Positions 20,701 through 29,155 of a stretch of 64,000 bases of DNA are shown in pieces. This DNA is from a bacterium (GTDB lineage Bacteria; Patescibacteriota; Minisyncoccia; Phycocordibacterales; UBA2100). Position numbers and translations under genes: made by a program. The stretch covers positions 15,654 through 79,653 of the forward strand of contig JAUSGQ010000006.1 of assembly GCA_030674455.1 (NCBI GenBank), read 5' to 3'. The notes beneath the pieces are model-generated. The model saw only the letters and a list, made by a program, of their open reading frames with translations, was not told the DNA's origin and ran no database searches. Positions within the stretch are counted from its first letter, which is position 1. Each line of letters opens with the position of its first letter.

Positions 20701-23700
20701 GGCCTGGCGGCGGAACGATGAACTTCAGCATGCAGGGCATGAACCCGACGCGCGTTTCTCCGGAAAGCCGCTCCGCTGGAGTAACGTCAAATTACAAAGT
20801 TGAATTCTTGGCCACTACAGCAATTCCTATCGGCGGGCAGATTCAGCTTGTCTTCCCGAGCGGATTCACGATTACAAATGCATCAACTACTGCCGCGGCA
20901 ACGTCGTTCTGCAACGCGGACCTGAACGGTCCGATGCCTGGGGTTCCCTCAATCGCCACGGTGACCAACGATAATTCTTCAGGAATCATCACGATAACCA
21001 CCGCCGCTTCTTCAACAGGCGCCTCCGCGTTCGTGTGCTTGGACGTAACGGGAGTTGTCAATTCAGCCGTTCCAAATTCAAGCGGATACACAGTAGACAT
21101 AAAGACCCGCGATACGGGAGACAATAATCGCGCGATACTTGAGACGAAGACATCATCGCCATTCTTCCTCGGGCAAGCGGGTTCCCGCACGCTCATTGCA
21201 AACGTATTCAACGACGGCAACGCTAACGGTGAGAAAGACGCGAATGAGGGCATAGCGGATGTGCGCGTATTCCTCTTCTCTCCGGCATCTGGAGGAAATT
21301 CAACTACTACAACCGCGACCGGCGTAGCGACATTCAACTCTCTTTCCGATGGCGACTATATGCTTGGACTCGACCCCGGGTCGTTGGCTAGCGCTTCTTC
21401 GACGGTTACGTTTAATTCCATGCCTCAGCCATTCATGGTATCCGCTACAAATCTGACGAAGAACTTTATAGTTTCCGGAGGAGGGAGCAGCGTGAACATA
21501 TCTGGAACTGTCACAGGCCCATCCGGCACAGCGGTTGACATCTTTGCTTCCAGCAACAACGGCTTTTCGAGAAAGACCGTAACGCTTTCAGGCGGAGCGG
21601 ACGACTATTCGATTCCCGTGAGTACGAATACAATTTACAACGTAGGAGTCGGCCCGGCGATGCCTGAAGCATTCTTCACTCCAGGAGCCCCTCCGCCTCC
21701 GCCGCCTACATTCACCTTCATGCCGCCTCCTAATATCACGGTAACTGTCGCGACAACGTCAATAACGGGCAAAGATTTCTCGCTTACAACCGCGAGTAAA
21801 ACGATTACCGGAACGGTGCGCGATTCTACTGGAGCCGCAGTTTCAAACGCCGGCGTATTCGCTCGGCCTATGTCGAACTCATCGGGCGCGGAAGTCGGTT
21901 TTGGAACCGGAGGACAAACGAATACTTCCGGCTCGTTCACTCTTAACGTAGTACCCGGAACGTATCTGGTCGGCGTATTCAAAGGCGGAATGCCGAATGT
22001 GCCGGACCAGCAAATTACAGTTCCATCTAGCGGGGCCAACACTCCTGCCTCGCTCGCGTTTTCTCTGGGGGCTGGAACGTCTATAACGATTTCCGGAACG
22101 GTGAAAGACGATGGAGGCAACGCGATTCCTTACGCGGGCGTAAACGCGCGCAAAGTGAACTCGTCATCCGACACGACGTCTATGGGCGGAGGCTCGCAAA
22201 ACTTCGTCGGAGGTCCGACGGATTCCAACGGCGCGTACACGCTCTATGTCGACTCGGGAACTTGGGTAGTTGAGGCGTTTGCCCCCGGATTCGGCAGGCT
22301 CGGCCAGAAAACTCTGTCAGTTACGGCAAGCCTCTCCGGACAGGACTTCTCAGCGCAGACGCTTTCTATCGGAACCATAACCGGCACAACTACCAAAGCA
22401 AGCGTCGAGCAACAAGGCGTAATGGTGCGGGCTGACGGCGCGGCGGGCTCCAACATGGCTGTCTCGGATGCTTCCGGCGTATACACGCTGAAAGTCCCGG
22501 CCGGAACTTATAACCTTACCTGTTTCTTCCCGGGTGTCGGCGAATCCGCGCCATTAACGGGAGTCGTGGCAGTAGTGAACGAGACGTCATACAATAATAA
22601 TTGTACTCTTGCTTCTCCCATAACCATTACTGTCAATCTGACGGACGGTACCAATCCGATTACCGGCGCGTACATAGACGTGCGCGATTCGAACGGCCGC
22701 GGAAATGGAACAAACGTTTCGGCCACCTCTAGCACTCTCGCGACCTACACGGTTACCGTGCCTCCGGGAACATATACGGTGCGTGCGGGACATCCAGCGT
22801 ACGGAACGATAGGAAGCACTGGCAACGTCTCCACAACCCAAACTATTACCTACACTACGACTGCGGGCGCTACGAGGGCAATTACGGGCACCGTTTCTGA
22901 CGGCTCGGCCGGAATCAACGGGGCATGGGTGTCGCTCACCGGAACTCCGACAGGTCAAACTAATACGATAAATACTGGAGCGCAGACAGATTCCACGGGT
23001 GCCTTCACGCTCAATGTTCCTGCAGGGGGCTATACAATCCACGCAAACAAAGGGGGATATATAGCTTCCGGCGCTGACTCAACGGTTACAGTCGCTGGAG
23101 CGGCGGTTTCGGTAGGTACCATAACTCTTACGGCCTCAACGCAAACGATATCAGGCACAGTAACATTGGATAATGTTGGTGTTTCCGGCGCTTATGTAGA
23201 CGCCTCCGCCCCCGGCGGCGGATTTGCGGTGTCGCAAACCGATTCCGCCGGCGCGTACTCGCTTGCTGTGAAGAATGGCACGTGGACAGTGCGCGCTCAC
23301 GCGATGGGATATGAAGGCGGGCCCACTACGGTCACGGTCGCGGGCAACAGCCCGACACAGGGAATTGCACTCACTGCAATTACGGGCTTCGTCTCAAAGC
23401 CCGAACATCAGGAGACAGTAACGCCCACCTCGGGAGGATATCTGACGAACTCCGACATCGGGGACAAGTTCAAAATGAGCATTCCGGCTAACGCCTTGGG
23501 CACGGGTTCAAACGCGGTCACTGTGAAAACCCAGGCGTACACGACTCTTCCTAACCCGTCATCGGGCAGCGTTCTTGCTAAAAATGGACTCTCGTTCTCC
23601 GCGGTTGATTCTTCCGGCCAGCCGATAAAAACTCTGAACAGTCCTATCACGATAGTTATTCCTTATACTGAAGCCGATATACCGACAGGAAAGACTGAAG

Positions 23701-24887
23701 CGGACCTAGTGTTCGGAACATGGAATGGAACCGACTATGAGACCTTGCCGACAACAGTAGACACGGTAAACAACACCTTGACGGTAACCATCTCGCACTT
23801 CTCCAGTTTCGCTCCGTTGGTGCAGGGTAATGTCGCAGTGGCAGCCGCTGCGGCTGCAACTACGGCCACGGTTAGTCCCGGCGGCGGGGGAGTCATGGGA
23901 GGAGGCGGGGCTACGAACATTCCGAAAGCACGCGCTCAAATTATTTATCCTGATGGACGCATCGCCTACGTAGACCAGATAGGAGGGGAATCTGCTCCTT
24001 CCGCGAGCGCAACTGCGGGAGCGAGTTCCGCATCTGCATCTTCGGCAGTCTCGGCCTCGGCCAAGTTCACCGCGCTTTTGAAACAGGGCTCCAAGGGTTC
24101 GGATGTTAAGCGACTCCAGAAACTTCTTGGTGTTGAGGAAACGGGATTCTTCGGCGCGCTTACGCGCGCCGCAGTTGAGCAATTCCAAATAAAGTATGGA
24201 ATTGCAAAGAAAGGACAAGCTGGTTTTGGAACTCTTGGACCCAAGACAAGAGCTAAAATCGCAGAGGCATTTAGTTCGACAGCAGCGGCTAGCTCCCCGC
24301 AGGCAGGCACTGCGGCTCCCGAAATCGGTTCGCTTGCGATACTTGCCGGAGGCCAGTTTGTTCGTTCGCTCAATCTTCGCGCGAAGGGAAGCGACGTGCG
24401 TACTCTTCAACAAATTTTGAACAGCGACCCAGACACGCGCGTCTCATCCGAAGGCGCAGGTTCTCCGGGCGGCGAAACGACTTTCTTTGGCGGCGCAACT
24501 CTGAAAGCCGTGCAGAAATTCCAAGTGAAGCATGATATCGCGAAGCCAGGCAATATCGGATACGGAAATGTCGGGCCGAAAACAAGGGCTAAGCTGAACG
24601 AACTCCTAAATGCATCAAGTTCCGGAGGTGTCTCCCTGCCTACCGGCCAGGCAGGCTCACCTTTAGGGGGAGGTGACTCCTCGGGAACATCTGCCTCCAC
24701 TGCCAACACAGCATCCGCATCTGCCGAAGCTTCAACCGCGGCAGCAGTAACCGCGACAACAACCCCGACGTCGTTAGTCGGGGCTCCGACCGAAAGCGTC
24801 GGAGCTGAAACTGCCGCAACGACCACTGCCGCGACAACAGTAGCGGCTACAGCAACTACCACCGCAACTTCCACAGCGAGCAATTAA
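17745..24887 (+). CDS. giant (2380 aa) secreted surface protein: Ig-like/Big and carboxypeptidase-regulatory-like repeats, C-terminal tandem peptidoglycan-binding domains
   Basis: Signal peptide. Repeated SPxNxxTGV Big-like modules and many VSGTVxD...G beta-sandwich repeats. Two PG_binding_1-like modules near the C-terminus (GSDVKRLQKLLGV...GFGTLGPKTRAKI; GSDVRTLQQIL...GYGNVGPKTRAKL) and a low-complexity Ala/Thr tail. In-frame Element B copy at about 24640-24700. Confidence 0.85.
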   Translation: MQKVHGFSARVFLTSSAILVAAILLSASMVSKADAAIGLDVTASLTTFNQTIKASSTPTAVIGLNLISVASPGVETLASTSIAFFGAGFATTTDLAPLGTATSSGVALYRDDASAGTQGAFDAFDDVVPLQSASWDVAGATTTLSFLTNETVPVNDTGNNAGNDYFIVIQTAGGAVNLHAFTANMYPGSIQWNASTPTATPIALSTNTVTIDTAAPTLDTSMSGPANGSTGVPVSTFIHLGFSENLDQTTLNPNNVTLTRGGNAVGTAIRPFPNGFDLVASSPPTYTASSRFAKADTVSTGFFQINGSNQIFPQGGYSAPTRGDIVYTQTDTFPPEVGVITNATLTSGTFAINNNPAFRPLQITKFASPTVAGYTGDGAVVGVGDLLVANTSAKPSNVRYNWHIVTTGQALNNAGLRLDGEDAAPTYATTTFARLLPAATSTIDASQLFTATTTLMAGDLVFAKVVRGGDNLNTYAWHLVTTAETNDTVTAAPPQGATGTTTALRLDGAAVAPTFAASSVVAVLGFAAQGVLDGAVAQDATVFSFGDIMFAKTTDNAANNGSYAFHLVSNGATGATSTSLRLDNSASNLTSSASYVITAGTGIKDSAGNALAATSTITFTTGSTGGTNTTPPAVQNSQPQAGNQSFAPNAPIKLIFSVAMEAGSTSGANSVTNTAVVKLSTSVNGTPTTQVTSGVTNSYDSTTNTLTIAHTSALTVSTDYVVQVTTAAKSSTGASFPMEYRLYFRTGTASDSTAPTILGVSPTNSSTGVSMSPVITAGFSKDMNPATLTTTTVKLVETLNNSNAVAGGVSYSPNSRSVNFVPSTPLTANTGYSFVIVGGASGVTDLSNNALASHSTTTFTTTATVDVIAPSVNFANADDFGIAITFSEPMKSGGGPNAADNVANYTLESPTGTSISLGGKTITYDSGSKTARITGLALQNGNGYKVTVALPVQDLASNAISIVGTPAGNLAFGTVQNSTATGGQLGPGGGTMNFSMQGMNPTRVSPESRSAGVTSNYKVEFLATTAIPIGGQIQLVFPSGFTITNASTTAAATSFCNADLNGPMPGVPSIATVTNDNSSGIITITTAASSTGASAFVCLDVTGVVNSAVPNSSGYTVDIKTRDTGDNNRAILETKTSSPFFLGQAGSRTLIANVFNDGNANGEKDANEGIADVRVFLFSPASGGNSTTTTATGVATFNSLSDGDYMLGLDPGSLASASSTVTFNSMPQPFMVSATNLTKNFIVSGGGSSVNISGTVTGPSGTAVDIFASSNNGFSRKTVTLSGGADDYSIPVSTNTIYNVGVGPAMPEAFFTPGAPPPPPPTFTFMPPPNITVTVATTSITGKDFSLTTASKTITGTVRDSTGAAVSNAGVFARPMSNSSGAEVGFGTGGQTNTSGSFTLNVVPGTYLVGVFKGGMPNVPDQQITVPSSGANTPASLAFSLGAGTSITISGTVKDDGGNAIPYAGVNARKVNSSSDTTSMGGGSQNFVGGPTDSNGAYTLYVDSGTWVVEAFAPGFGRLGQKTLSVTASLSGQDFSAQTLSIGTITGTTTKASVEQQGVMVRADGAAGSNMAVSDASGVYTLKVPAGTYNLTCFFPGVGESAPLTGVVAVVNETSYNNNCTLASPITITVNLTDGTNPITGAYIDVRDSNGRGNGTNVSATSSTLATYTVTVPPGTYTVRAGHPAYGTIGSTGNVSTTQTITYTTTAGATRAITGTVSDGSAGINGAWVSLTGTPTGQTNTINTGAQTDSTGAFTLNVPAGGYTIHANKGGYIASGADSTVTVAGAAVSVGTITLTASTQTISGTVTLDNVGVSGAYVDASAPGGGFAVSQTDSAGAYSLAVKNGTWTVRAHAMGYEGGPTTVTVAGNSPTQGIALTAITGFVSKPEHQETVTPTSGGYLTNSDIGDKFKMSIPANALGTGSNAVTVKTQAYTTLPNPSSGSVLAKNGLSFSAVDSSGQPIKTLNSPITIVIPYTEADIPTGKTEADLVFGTWNGTDYETLPTTVDTVNNTLTVTISHFSSFAPLVQGNVAVAAAAAATTATVSPGGGGVMGGGGATNIPKARAQIIYPDGRIAYVDQIGGESAPSASATAGASSASASSAVSASAKFTALLKQGSKGSDVKRLQKLLGVEETGFFGALTRAAVEQFQIKYGIAKKGQAGFGTLGPKTRAKIAEAFSSTAAASSPQAGTAAPEIGSLAILAGGQFVRSLNLRAKGSDVRTLQQILNSDPDTRVSSEGAGSPGGETTFFGGATLKAVQKFQVKHDIAKPGNIGYGNVGPKTRAKLNELLNASSSGGVSLPTGQAGSPLGGGDSSGTSASTANTASASAEASTAAAVTATTTPTSLVGAPTESVGAETAATTTAATTVAATATTTATSTASN

Positions 24888-24898
24888 AGAGGCGGGAA

Positions 24899-24938
24899 AA
24901 GGTGAGACCTTGGGAGTGATTCTTTAAGGTCTCACCTT
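24899..24938. terminator. hairpin AAGGTGAGACCTT / AAGGTCTCACCTT with loop GGGAGTGATTCTTT
   Basis: Loop is near-identical to the loop of the 10780-10827 hairpin. Confidence 0.5.
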
Positions 24939-24955
24939 GAAAGGACAAGGTGTTT

Positions 24956-25060
24956 CCTCAGGCATAGCCGGAGGTGACTCCTTGTCCGCATCCCGCACAA
25001 AGAAATTCCCGAGGTGACTCCTTGGCATTTGCAAGGTGTCTCCTCGAGAATTCTTGAAAT
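24956..25060. repeat. cluster of Element B (GAGGTGACTCC / GGAGTCACCTC) palindromic repeats
   Basis: CCGGAGGTGACTCC and CCCGAGGTGACTCCTTGGCATTTGCAAGGTGTCTCCTCGAGAATTC. Related copies at 31281-31345, 34761-34830, 48381-48430 and 7-53. Confidence 0.6.
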
Positions 25061-25074
25061 GGTAGAATAACGGG

Positions 25075-25692
25075 ATGGATATCTTTTCACACGGGCTTTG
25101 GGCAGGTGCGGCAGCGAAAGCCGCAAACAAAATAAGTTCCCGAGGTGACTCCCTGCCTGCCTCTGGCAGGCTCACCGAAGGGGGAGGCGACTCCTCACGT
25201 AGGGAGGTGTCGCCTCCATGCAGCTCAAAACTAAACGTCTGGCACGCGGCCGCGTGGGGAGTGTTTCCGGATTTGTTTGCGTTCACTCCGGCATTCATCG
25301 GCCTCTTTTGGTTACTCGCCACAGGCCAGATGAGTTTATCAGAGTGGCCGGGTCGGCATGGCGGCGAGCCCTCACCGGGCGACTCGCTTCCCGTATTTCA
25401 ACTCGCTGGCCAGCTCTACAATTTCAGCCACAGCATTTTTGTGTTTGCGATCGTGTTTTGCATTGTGTGGTTCATGCGAAAAAAGCCAGTGCTTGAAATG
25501 GGCGGCTGGCTTCTCCACATCATCATGGATATCCCGACGCATTCATACGCGTTCTATCCGACGCCCGTCTTCTGGCCGCTCTTTGGATGGAAATTCAACG
25601 GCATTCAGTGGGCGCAGCCGTGGTTTTTGATTCTCGATTACGGCTTATTGATTTTGGTGTATTGGTTGTTGAGGGAGAAGAAAATCAAATAA
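25075..25692 (+). CDS. membrane protein, possibly DUF457/YdjM-like metal-dependent hydrolase; N-terminal region carries in-frame repeat elements
   Basis: N-terminal MDIFSHGLWAGAAA, hydrophobic helices, HIIMDIPTHSYAF. Residues 20-60 are encoded by Element A/B copies at 25141-25215. Confidence 0.4.
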   Translation: MDIFSHGLWAGAAAKAANKISSRGDSLPASGRLTEGGGDSSRREVSPPCSSKLNVWHAAAWGVFPDLFAFTPAFIGLFWLLATGQMSLSEWPGRHGGEPSPGDSLPVFQLAGQLYNFSHSIFVFAIVFCIVWFMRKKPVLEMGGWLLHIIMDIPTHSYAFYPTPVFWPLFGWKFNGIQWAQPWFLILDYGLLILVYWLLREKKIK

Positions 25693-25758
25693 AGAAATAT
25701 AAAAAATGGGAGCGACCGCAGCCGCTCCCCTAAGATCTGCCCTCTATCGTGACCCAGG

Positions 25759-26076
25759 TTATTCCTGGATGTTGGCGCCAATGATCGAGGCAGCTTCGCG
25801 AAACCCTGCCTCAAGTGACTGGATGCTTCCCTCCGACGTTTCCGGTTGACCGCTTTCTTCCATGATCTCGGCCAGATTCAACGGATAAACCGTCGTCTTA
25901 CCGAAAACAGTGCCCAGGATAGAAAACCCCAGGATTCCCTCATTTGTCATGTGTTGCAAGAGGGCACTGCCGCACCGGAACATCTCCACCAACTGCGGTT
26001 CAAGTACCATTGGTTCTCCCGCTTTTATTGACTGCAAACATATATAGGTCGTCAAAAAATAACGACCTACCCCCAC
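25759..26076 (-). CDS. hypothetical protein
   Basis: 105-aa ORF with no recognisable domain. Confidence 0.3.
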   Translation of the reverse strand: MGVGRYFLTTYICLQSIKAGEPMVLEPQLVEMFRCGSALLQHMTNEGILGFSILGTVFGKTTVYPLNLAEIMEESGQPETSEGSIQSLEAGFREAASIIGANIQE

Positions 26077-26136
26077 CGCACAAAGAACAACATAAGATCT
26101 GCGCGGCTACGAAAAAGTATACACCCCTCACCAATC

Positions 26137-26165
26137 TTGACAAGTGGGTGCAAATAATATATAAT
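26137..26165 (+). promoter_or_regulatory. perfect consensus sigma70 promoter TTGACA-N17-TATAAT driving the sortase gene
   Basis: Exact consensus hexamers. The ATG lies 10 nt after the -10, so the transcript is near-leaderless. Confidence 0.6.
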
Positions 26166-26175
26166 TTCGACCGCT

Positions 26176-26934
26176 ATGGAAATCGAGAATACGCCCATTT
26201 TGAGTCATAAAAAGCCTGCCTGCGTTGCGAACGCGACAGGCAGGCCGCCCACGGCCGTCTTTTTGGCTACCGCCTTTGTCATATTCGTTCTTACTCTTTC
26301 GGCGGCGGATTCTATTGGATTCGTTCCAAATTATATTGATGGTTCGACCGAGGAAAGCGCGGCAGAACCTGCGGACTTCCTGCCACTCGCATCTCTCCCA
26401 CAGCTCGGCGGTCTGCCGTCCATTGAATCGATTACCGCGGAAATTGCCGAACCGGTCGCACTTCCTAATCGTATCGTAATTCCTGCAATAAAAATGGACC
26501 TTCCAATCCAAAACCCATCGACAAAAGACATCAATAAGCTTACCGAAGTTCTTAAAGCTGGCCCCGCTCGATATGTGGACTCCGCGCAACTGGGTGAGAA
26601 AGGGAACATGCTTGTATTCGGACACAGCTCACAGTTGCCGGTTGTTAAAAATCAGATGTACAAGGCGTTCAATAATATTTCAAAACTAAAACAGGGCGAC
26701 ACTATTACGGTATATGGCGGGCCGTCTACAGGTGCCGCCACAACCAGCGGTGGACATGCGTATCTCTATAGCGTGGTCAGCGTGCGGGAAGGGGATGCGA
26801 ATGAAGATGTAATCGACCTCTCGAAAAATAAGGGTACGAGGATAACGCTTGTGACCTGCAACACGCTTGGCGAAAAAAGCGCGCGATGGATAGTGGAAGC
26901 CGAATTCGTTGGCGTTCTTCCTTCGTCAGATTAG
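26176..26934 (+). CDS. sortase-family transpeptidase (membrane-anchored)
   Basis: N-terminal TM anchor. Sortase beta-barrel with catalytic ITLVTCNTL (TLxTC) motif and an upstream conserved His region (LVFGHSSQ). Confidence 0.8.
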   Translation: MEIENTPILSHKKPACVANATGRPPTAVFLATAFVIFVLTLSAADSIGFVPNYIDGSTEESAAEPADFLPLASLPQLGGLPSIESITAEIAEPVALPNRIVIPAIKMDLPIQNPSTKDINKLTEVLKAGPARYVDSAQLGEKGNMLVFGHSSQLPVVKNQMYKAFNNISKLKQGDTITVYGGPSTGAATTSGGHAYLYSVVSVREGDANEDVIDLSKNKGTRITLVTCNTLGEKSARWIVEAEFVGVLPSSD

Positions 26935-26982
26935 ATTGAGATGTCATCTCAATGGGTTTCGTATAAAAAGCTTGACCAACGA

Positions 26983-27012
26983 CATTCCAACATTCTCAAG
27001 AATGTTGGAATG
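26983..27012. repeat. third copy of the 30-nt perfect palindrome CATTCCAACATTCTCAAGAATGTTGGAATG
   Basis: Lies between the convergent sortase and toxin genes. Confidence 0.5.
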
Positions 27013-27023
27013 TTATCCATACG

Positions 27024-27302
27024 TTACCGATAGATGTCGTGCAAGCCAATATCCAAAAAGAGAACGCGATTGTTTCCAAGAAATGAGAATTTGATTCTAT
27101 ATTTTCTGTCCACCGAGAATCCCCATGCGTTTTTATCTTTACCGTGCAGTTTGTGGGTTTCCAGACTGGGATGGAATGGATTTATGCGAAATATCGCCTC
27201 CTTTTCCTTTGCAAGCTCTTTCAGTCTTTTCGGTAATTTGCGGTAGTGTTTATCAAATCTCGGAGATGACTCGATATGCATATATCTCGAGAAGTATTTC
27301 AA
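27024..27302 (-). CDS. type II toxin, RelE/ParE (YafQ-like) family
   Basis: 92 aa, FDKHYRKLPKRLKE...THKLHG...WGFSVDRKYRIKF, typical of RelE-fold mRNA interferases. Confidence 0.7.
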   Translation of the reverse strand: MKYFSRYMHIESSPRFDKHYRKLPKRLKELAKEKEAIFRINPFHPSLETHKLHGKDKNAWGFSVDRKYRIKFSFLGNNRVLFLDIGLHDIYR

Positions 27303-27541
27303 TCTAGATCGGCCAGAGAACGTAGTGTGCGTGTTCTTCCATACCGATAATCCCGCAATCCTTCTTCTACGAGCTTATCCAAACGTTTCGCCGCTTTACC
27401 GGTCAAGTAATATTCGGGAATAGAGGCCTTAACAAGCCGCTCATACTCCTTTATTGGGAGTACAACAACGCCCCTTTGTTTCTGAACAGACTTCTGGGAA
27501 AGTGTAATCATTTTCATAAAGGACAGTATACCATAATTCAT
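27299..27541 (-). CDS. antitoxin, Phd/YefM-like
   Basis: 80-aa ORF overlapping the toxin start by 4 nt, with GVVVLPIKEYERLV. The start may lie at an internal Met. Confidence 0.5.
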   Translation of the reverse strand: MNYGILSFMKMITLSQKSVQKQRGVVVLPIKEYERLVKASIPEYYLTGKAAKRLDKLVEEGLRDYRYGRTRTLRSLADLD

Positions 27542-27841
27542 CTTTTGGGCCGCTCGGCGCGTTCATCGGCGCGGAGCGGGCGAGGTGTCACTGTGTCGGG
27601 ATTTCGTAAATCCCCATACCTGATGCGTCGAATTCTCGACCTACACTAAGGTTACGCTATCGCGCAAGCTTAGTGTATCCCCAAATTAGTGGCTATAGCT
27701 TCAAATTTGGGGATATGGGTTTCTGCGCATTTATTCGTATGAATTGAAATGTTGCGTTCGGACGTTTTGGGTAGTCTAATGATTTCAAGCCGCCGAAAGG
27801 ATGGGCTCACGATTTAGGTCATTCACTCGAGGAGAGTCAAA

Positions 27842-28069
27842 ATGGGCAAAAGATTGCTCAAAGTTTTAGCCGCGCTGTTCGGCGCGGTAATGTTGGCCGG
27901 ATGTGTTTCATTGCGTGGTCCTATAGATGACTACGCAGAAGTTCCAGAGGCGGAATGGAATGCTCGATGCGGCGATTTGCGTCCCTATGAATCCGAATGT
28001 GTGATTCGGGTTCGTACATTGCCCGATGGTCGGGTCGAAGAGGTTTATCTTTGGGTGCGCAGGTATTGA
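27842..28069 (+). CDS. small lipoprotein (lipobox LAGC)
   Basis: MGKRLLKVLAALFGAVMLAGC signal/lipobox. Paralogous N-terminus to the gene at 28445. Confidence 0.45.
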   Translation: MGKRLLKVLAALFGAVMLAGCVSLRGPIDDYAEVPEAEWNARCGDLRPYESECVIRVRTLPDGRVEEVYLWVRRY

Positions 28070-28071
28070 GC

Positions 28072-28110
28072 TGGGGCAGCAGGTGGTGACCACCTGCTGC
28101 CCTTGTGTTT
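28072..28110 (+). terminator. rho-independent terminator
   Basis: 13-bp stem GGGCAGCAGGTGG/CCACCTGCTGCCC followed by a T-tract. Confidence 0.6.
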
Positions 28111-28195
28111 TTCGCCCGAATTCATGAAATTCTCATCTTGAGAGAATAGAATCACTAAGGTCAATATTTGGCTTGATTGAGCGCCATATTAGGAC

Positions 28196-28223
28196 TTGAC
28201 AAGCACAAAGGAGGTGATATAAT
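28196..28223 (+). promoter_or_regulatory. consensus sigma70 promoter TTGACA-N16-TATAAT with a ~220-nt leader
   Basis: Exact hexamers. The downstream leader contains TAGAAGC x3 repeats before the ATG at 28445. Confidence 0.55.
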
Positions 28224-28444
28224 ATACATCGACTTAAAAAGCCAGCATCTTGCTTACGTTTCTGAATTTCCTAGAAGCTAGTGACTAGAAGCTAGAAGCT
28301 GTGCCACCAATTGTGTTCGTTCGAAAGCATTGGATAAACTCTAATGCTCCCGACCCGACGCAATGCTTGTTTAGATTGTTGAGGGTGCTCATTTAAATCG
28401 TCTCCGGTTCATTGGAGACTTCATCAACCAAGAGAGAGGTCACT

Positions 28445-28957
28445 ATGGGCAAATTCGCCCTTACGCTTTGCCTCGCGCTGTTCGGCGCGGGAGTAGTACC
28501 GGCAGTCGCACAAAACACTTTTGACCCGTCCTGGACAGCGTCGTTCAGACATGGTTTCTGGGATCAAATGGGACGGACTGGCGTACCGATGCTATTCGGG
28601 GGAGTGCGGTATCTTACGATGCCATACTCCGGTCCGTTTCCCACGAACTACGCGGCTCCAGCGGGATGTCAAATCGGGTATGCGTGCGTTCGACAAGACT
28701 ACGTTCAGCAGCACTTGGTGTATCTCGGCAGGATATATGTCCCCGTCGGGAAACCGGGCAATACCCAGCCCACTCCTCCAGCACTTCCTGTAAAAACGCA
28801 GGTTAGCGGCTGGCAGGAATACGGCGGGGCGACGAACCCAGCTTGTGCAACGGAGGTCAAGGGGAAACCCGAGGACTCCGCCTGTTATTGGGCGACCAAT
28901 GCGCAAAAACAACGCGTCTGGCGCTGTCCCAATAGCGAATGCAATCCCAAGCAATGA
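28445..28957 (+). CDS. secreted Cys-rich protein
   Basis: MGKFALTLCLALFGAGVVPAVAQN signal peptide. Start chosen at the ATG with AGAGAGAGG upstream; the track ORF begins at a TTG at 28412. Confidence 0.5.
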   Translation: MGKFALTLCLALFGAGVVPAVAQNTFDPSWTASFRHGFWDQMGRTGVPMLFGGVRYLTMPYSGPFPTNYAAPAGCQIGYACVRQDYVQQHLVYLGRIYVPVGKPGNTQPTPPALPVKTQVSGWQEYGGATNPACATEVKGKPEDSACYWATNAQKQRVWRCPNSECNPKQ

Positions 28958-29155
28958 CCTCTCCGGTCGAACGGCCTCCTCGTAGGTCGTGTGTGGGAAG
29001 TGTAGCGCTCCGCTCGCTTCCCACACGAAGCTGTTTTTATCCAAAGGAATTTGAGAAATCGAACTTCTTTGGATCCAAGCATCAAAAACTGGGATCCTTT
29101 CATCCTTTTTGGATGACTGTGGTCTTTTTCAATTCAATCCTGAAAGGAAGTCGCC

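Noticed and set aside
18314-24883. Numerous 60-235-aa ORFs antisense to or overlapping the giant protein gene (e.g. 23706-24413 minus, 24407-24883 minus)
   Set aside because: They lie in GC-rich, repeat-rich coding sequence of a gene with clear domain structure on the plus strand. Read-through of a stop-poor alternate frame is expected there.
24924-25322. 132-aa minus-strand ORF downstream of the giant gene
   Set aside because: Composed of Element A/B repeat sequence. The plus-strand membrane-protein ORF (25075-25692) has coherent TM topology.
27541-27841. tRNA-like or T-loop-like stems in the leader region
   Set aside because: No GTTCGAATC-type T-arm, no acceptor/anticodon arrangement and no D-loop. 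No tRNA or rRNA gene was recognised anywhere in the window by eye, though a tRNAscan or Infernal run is needed to be certain.
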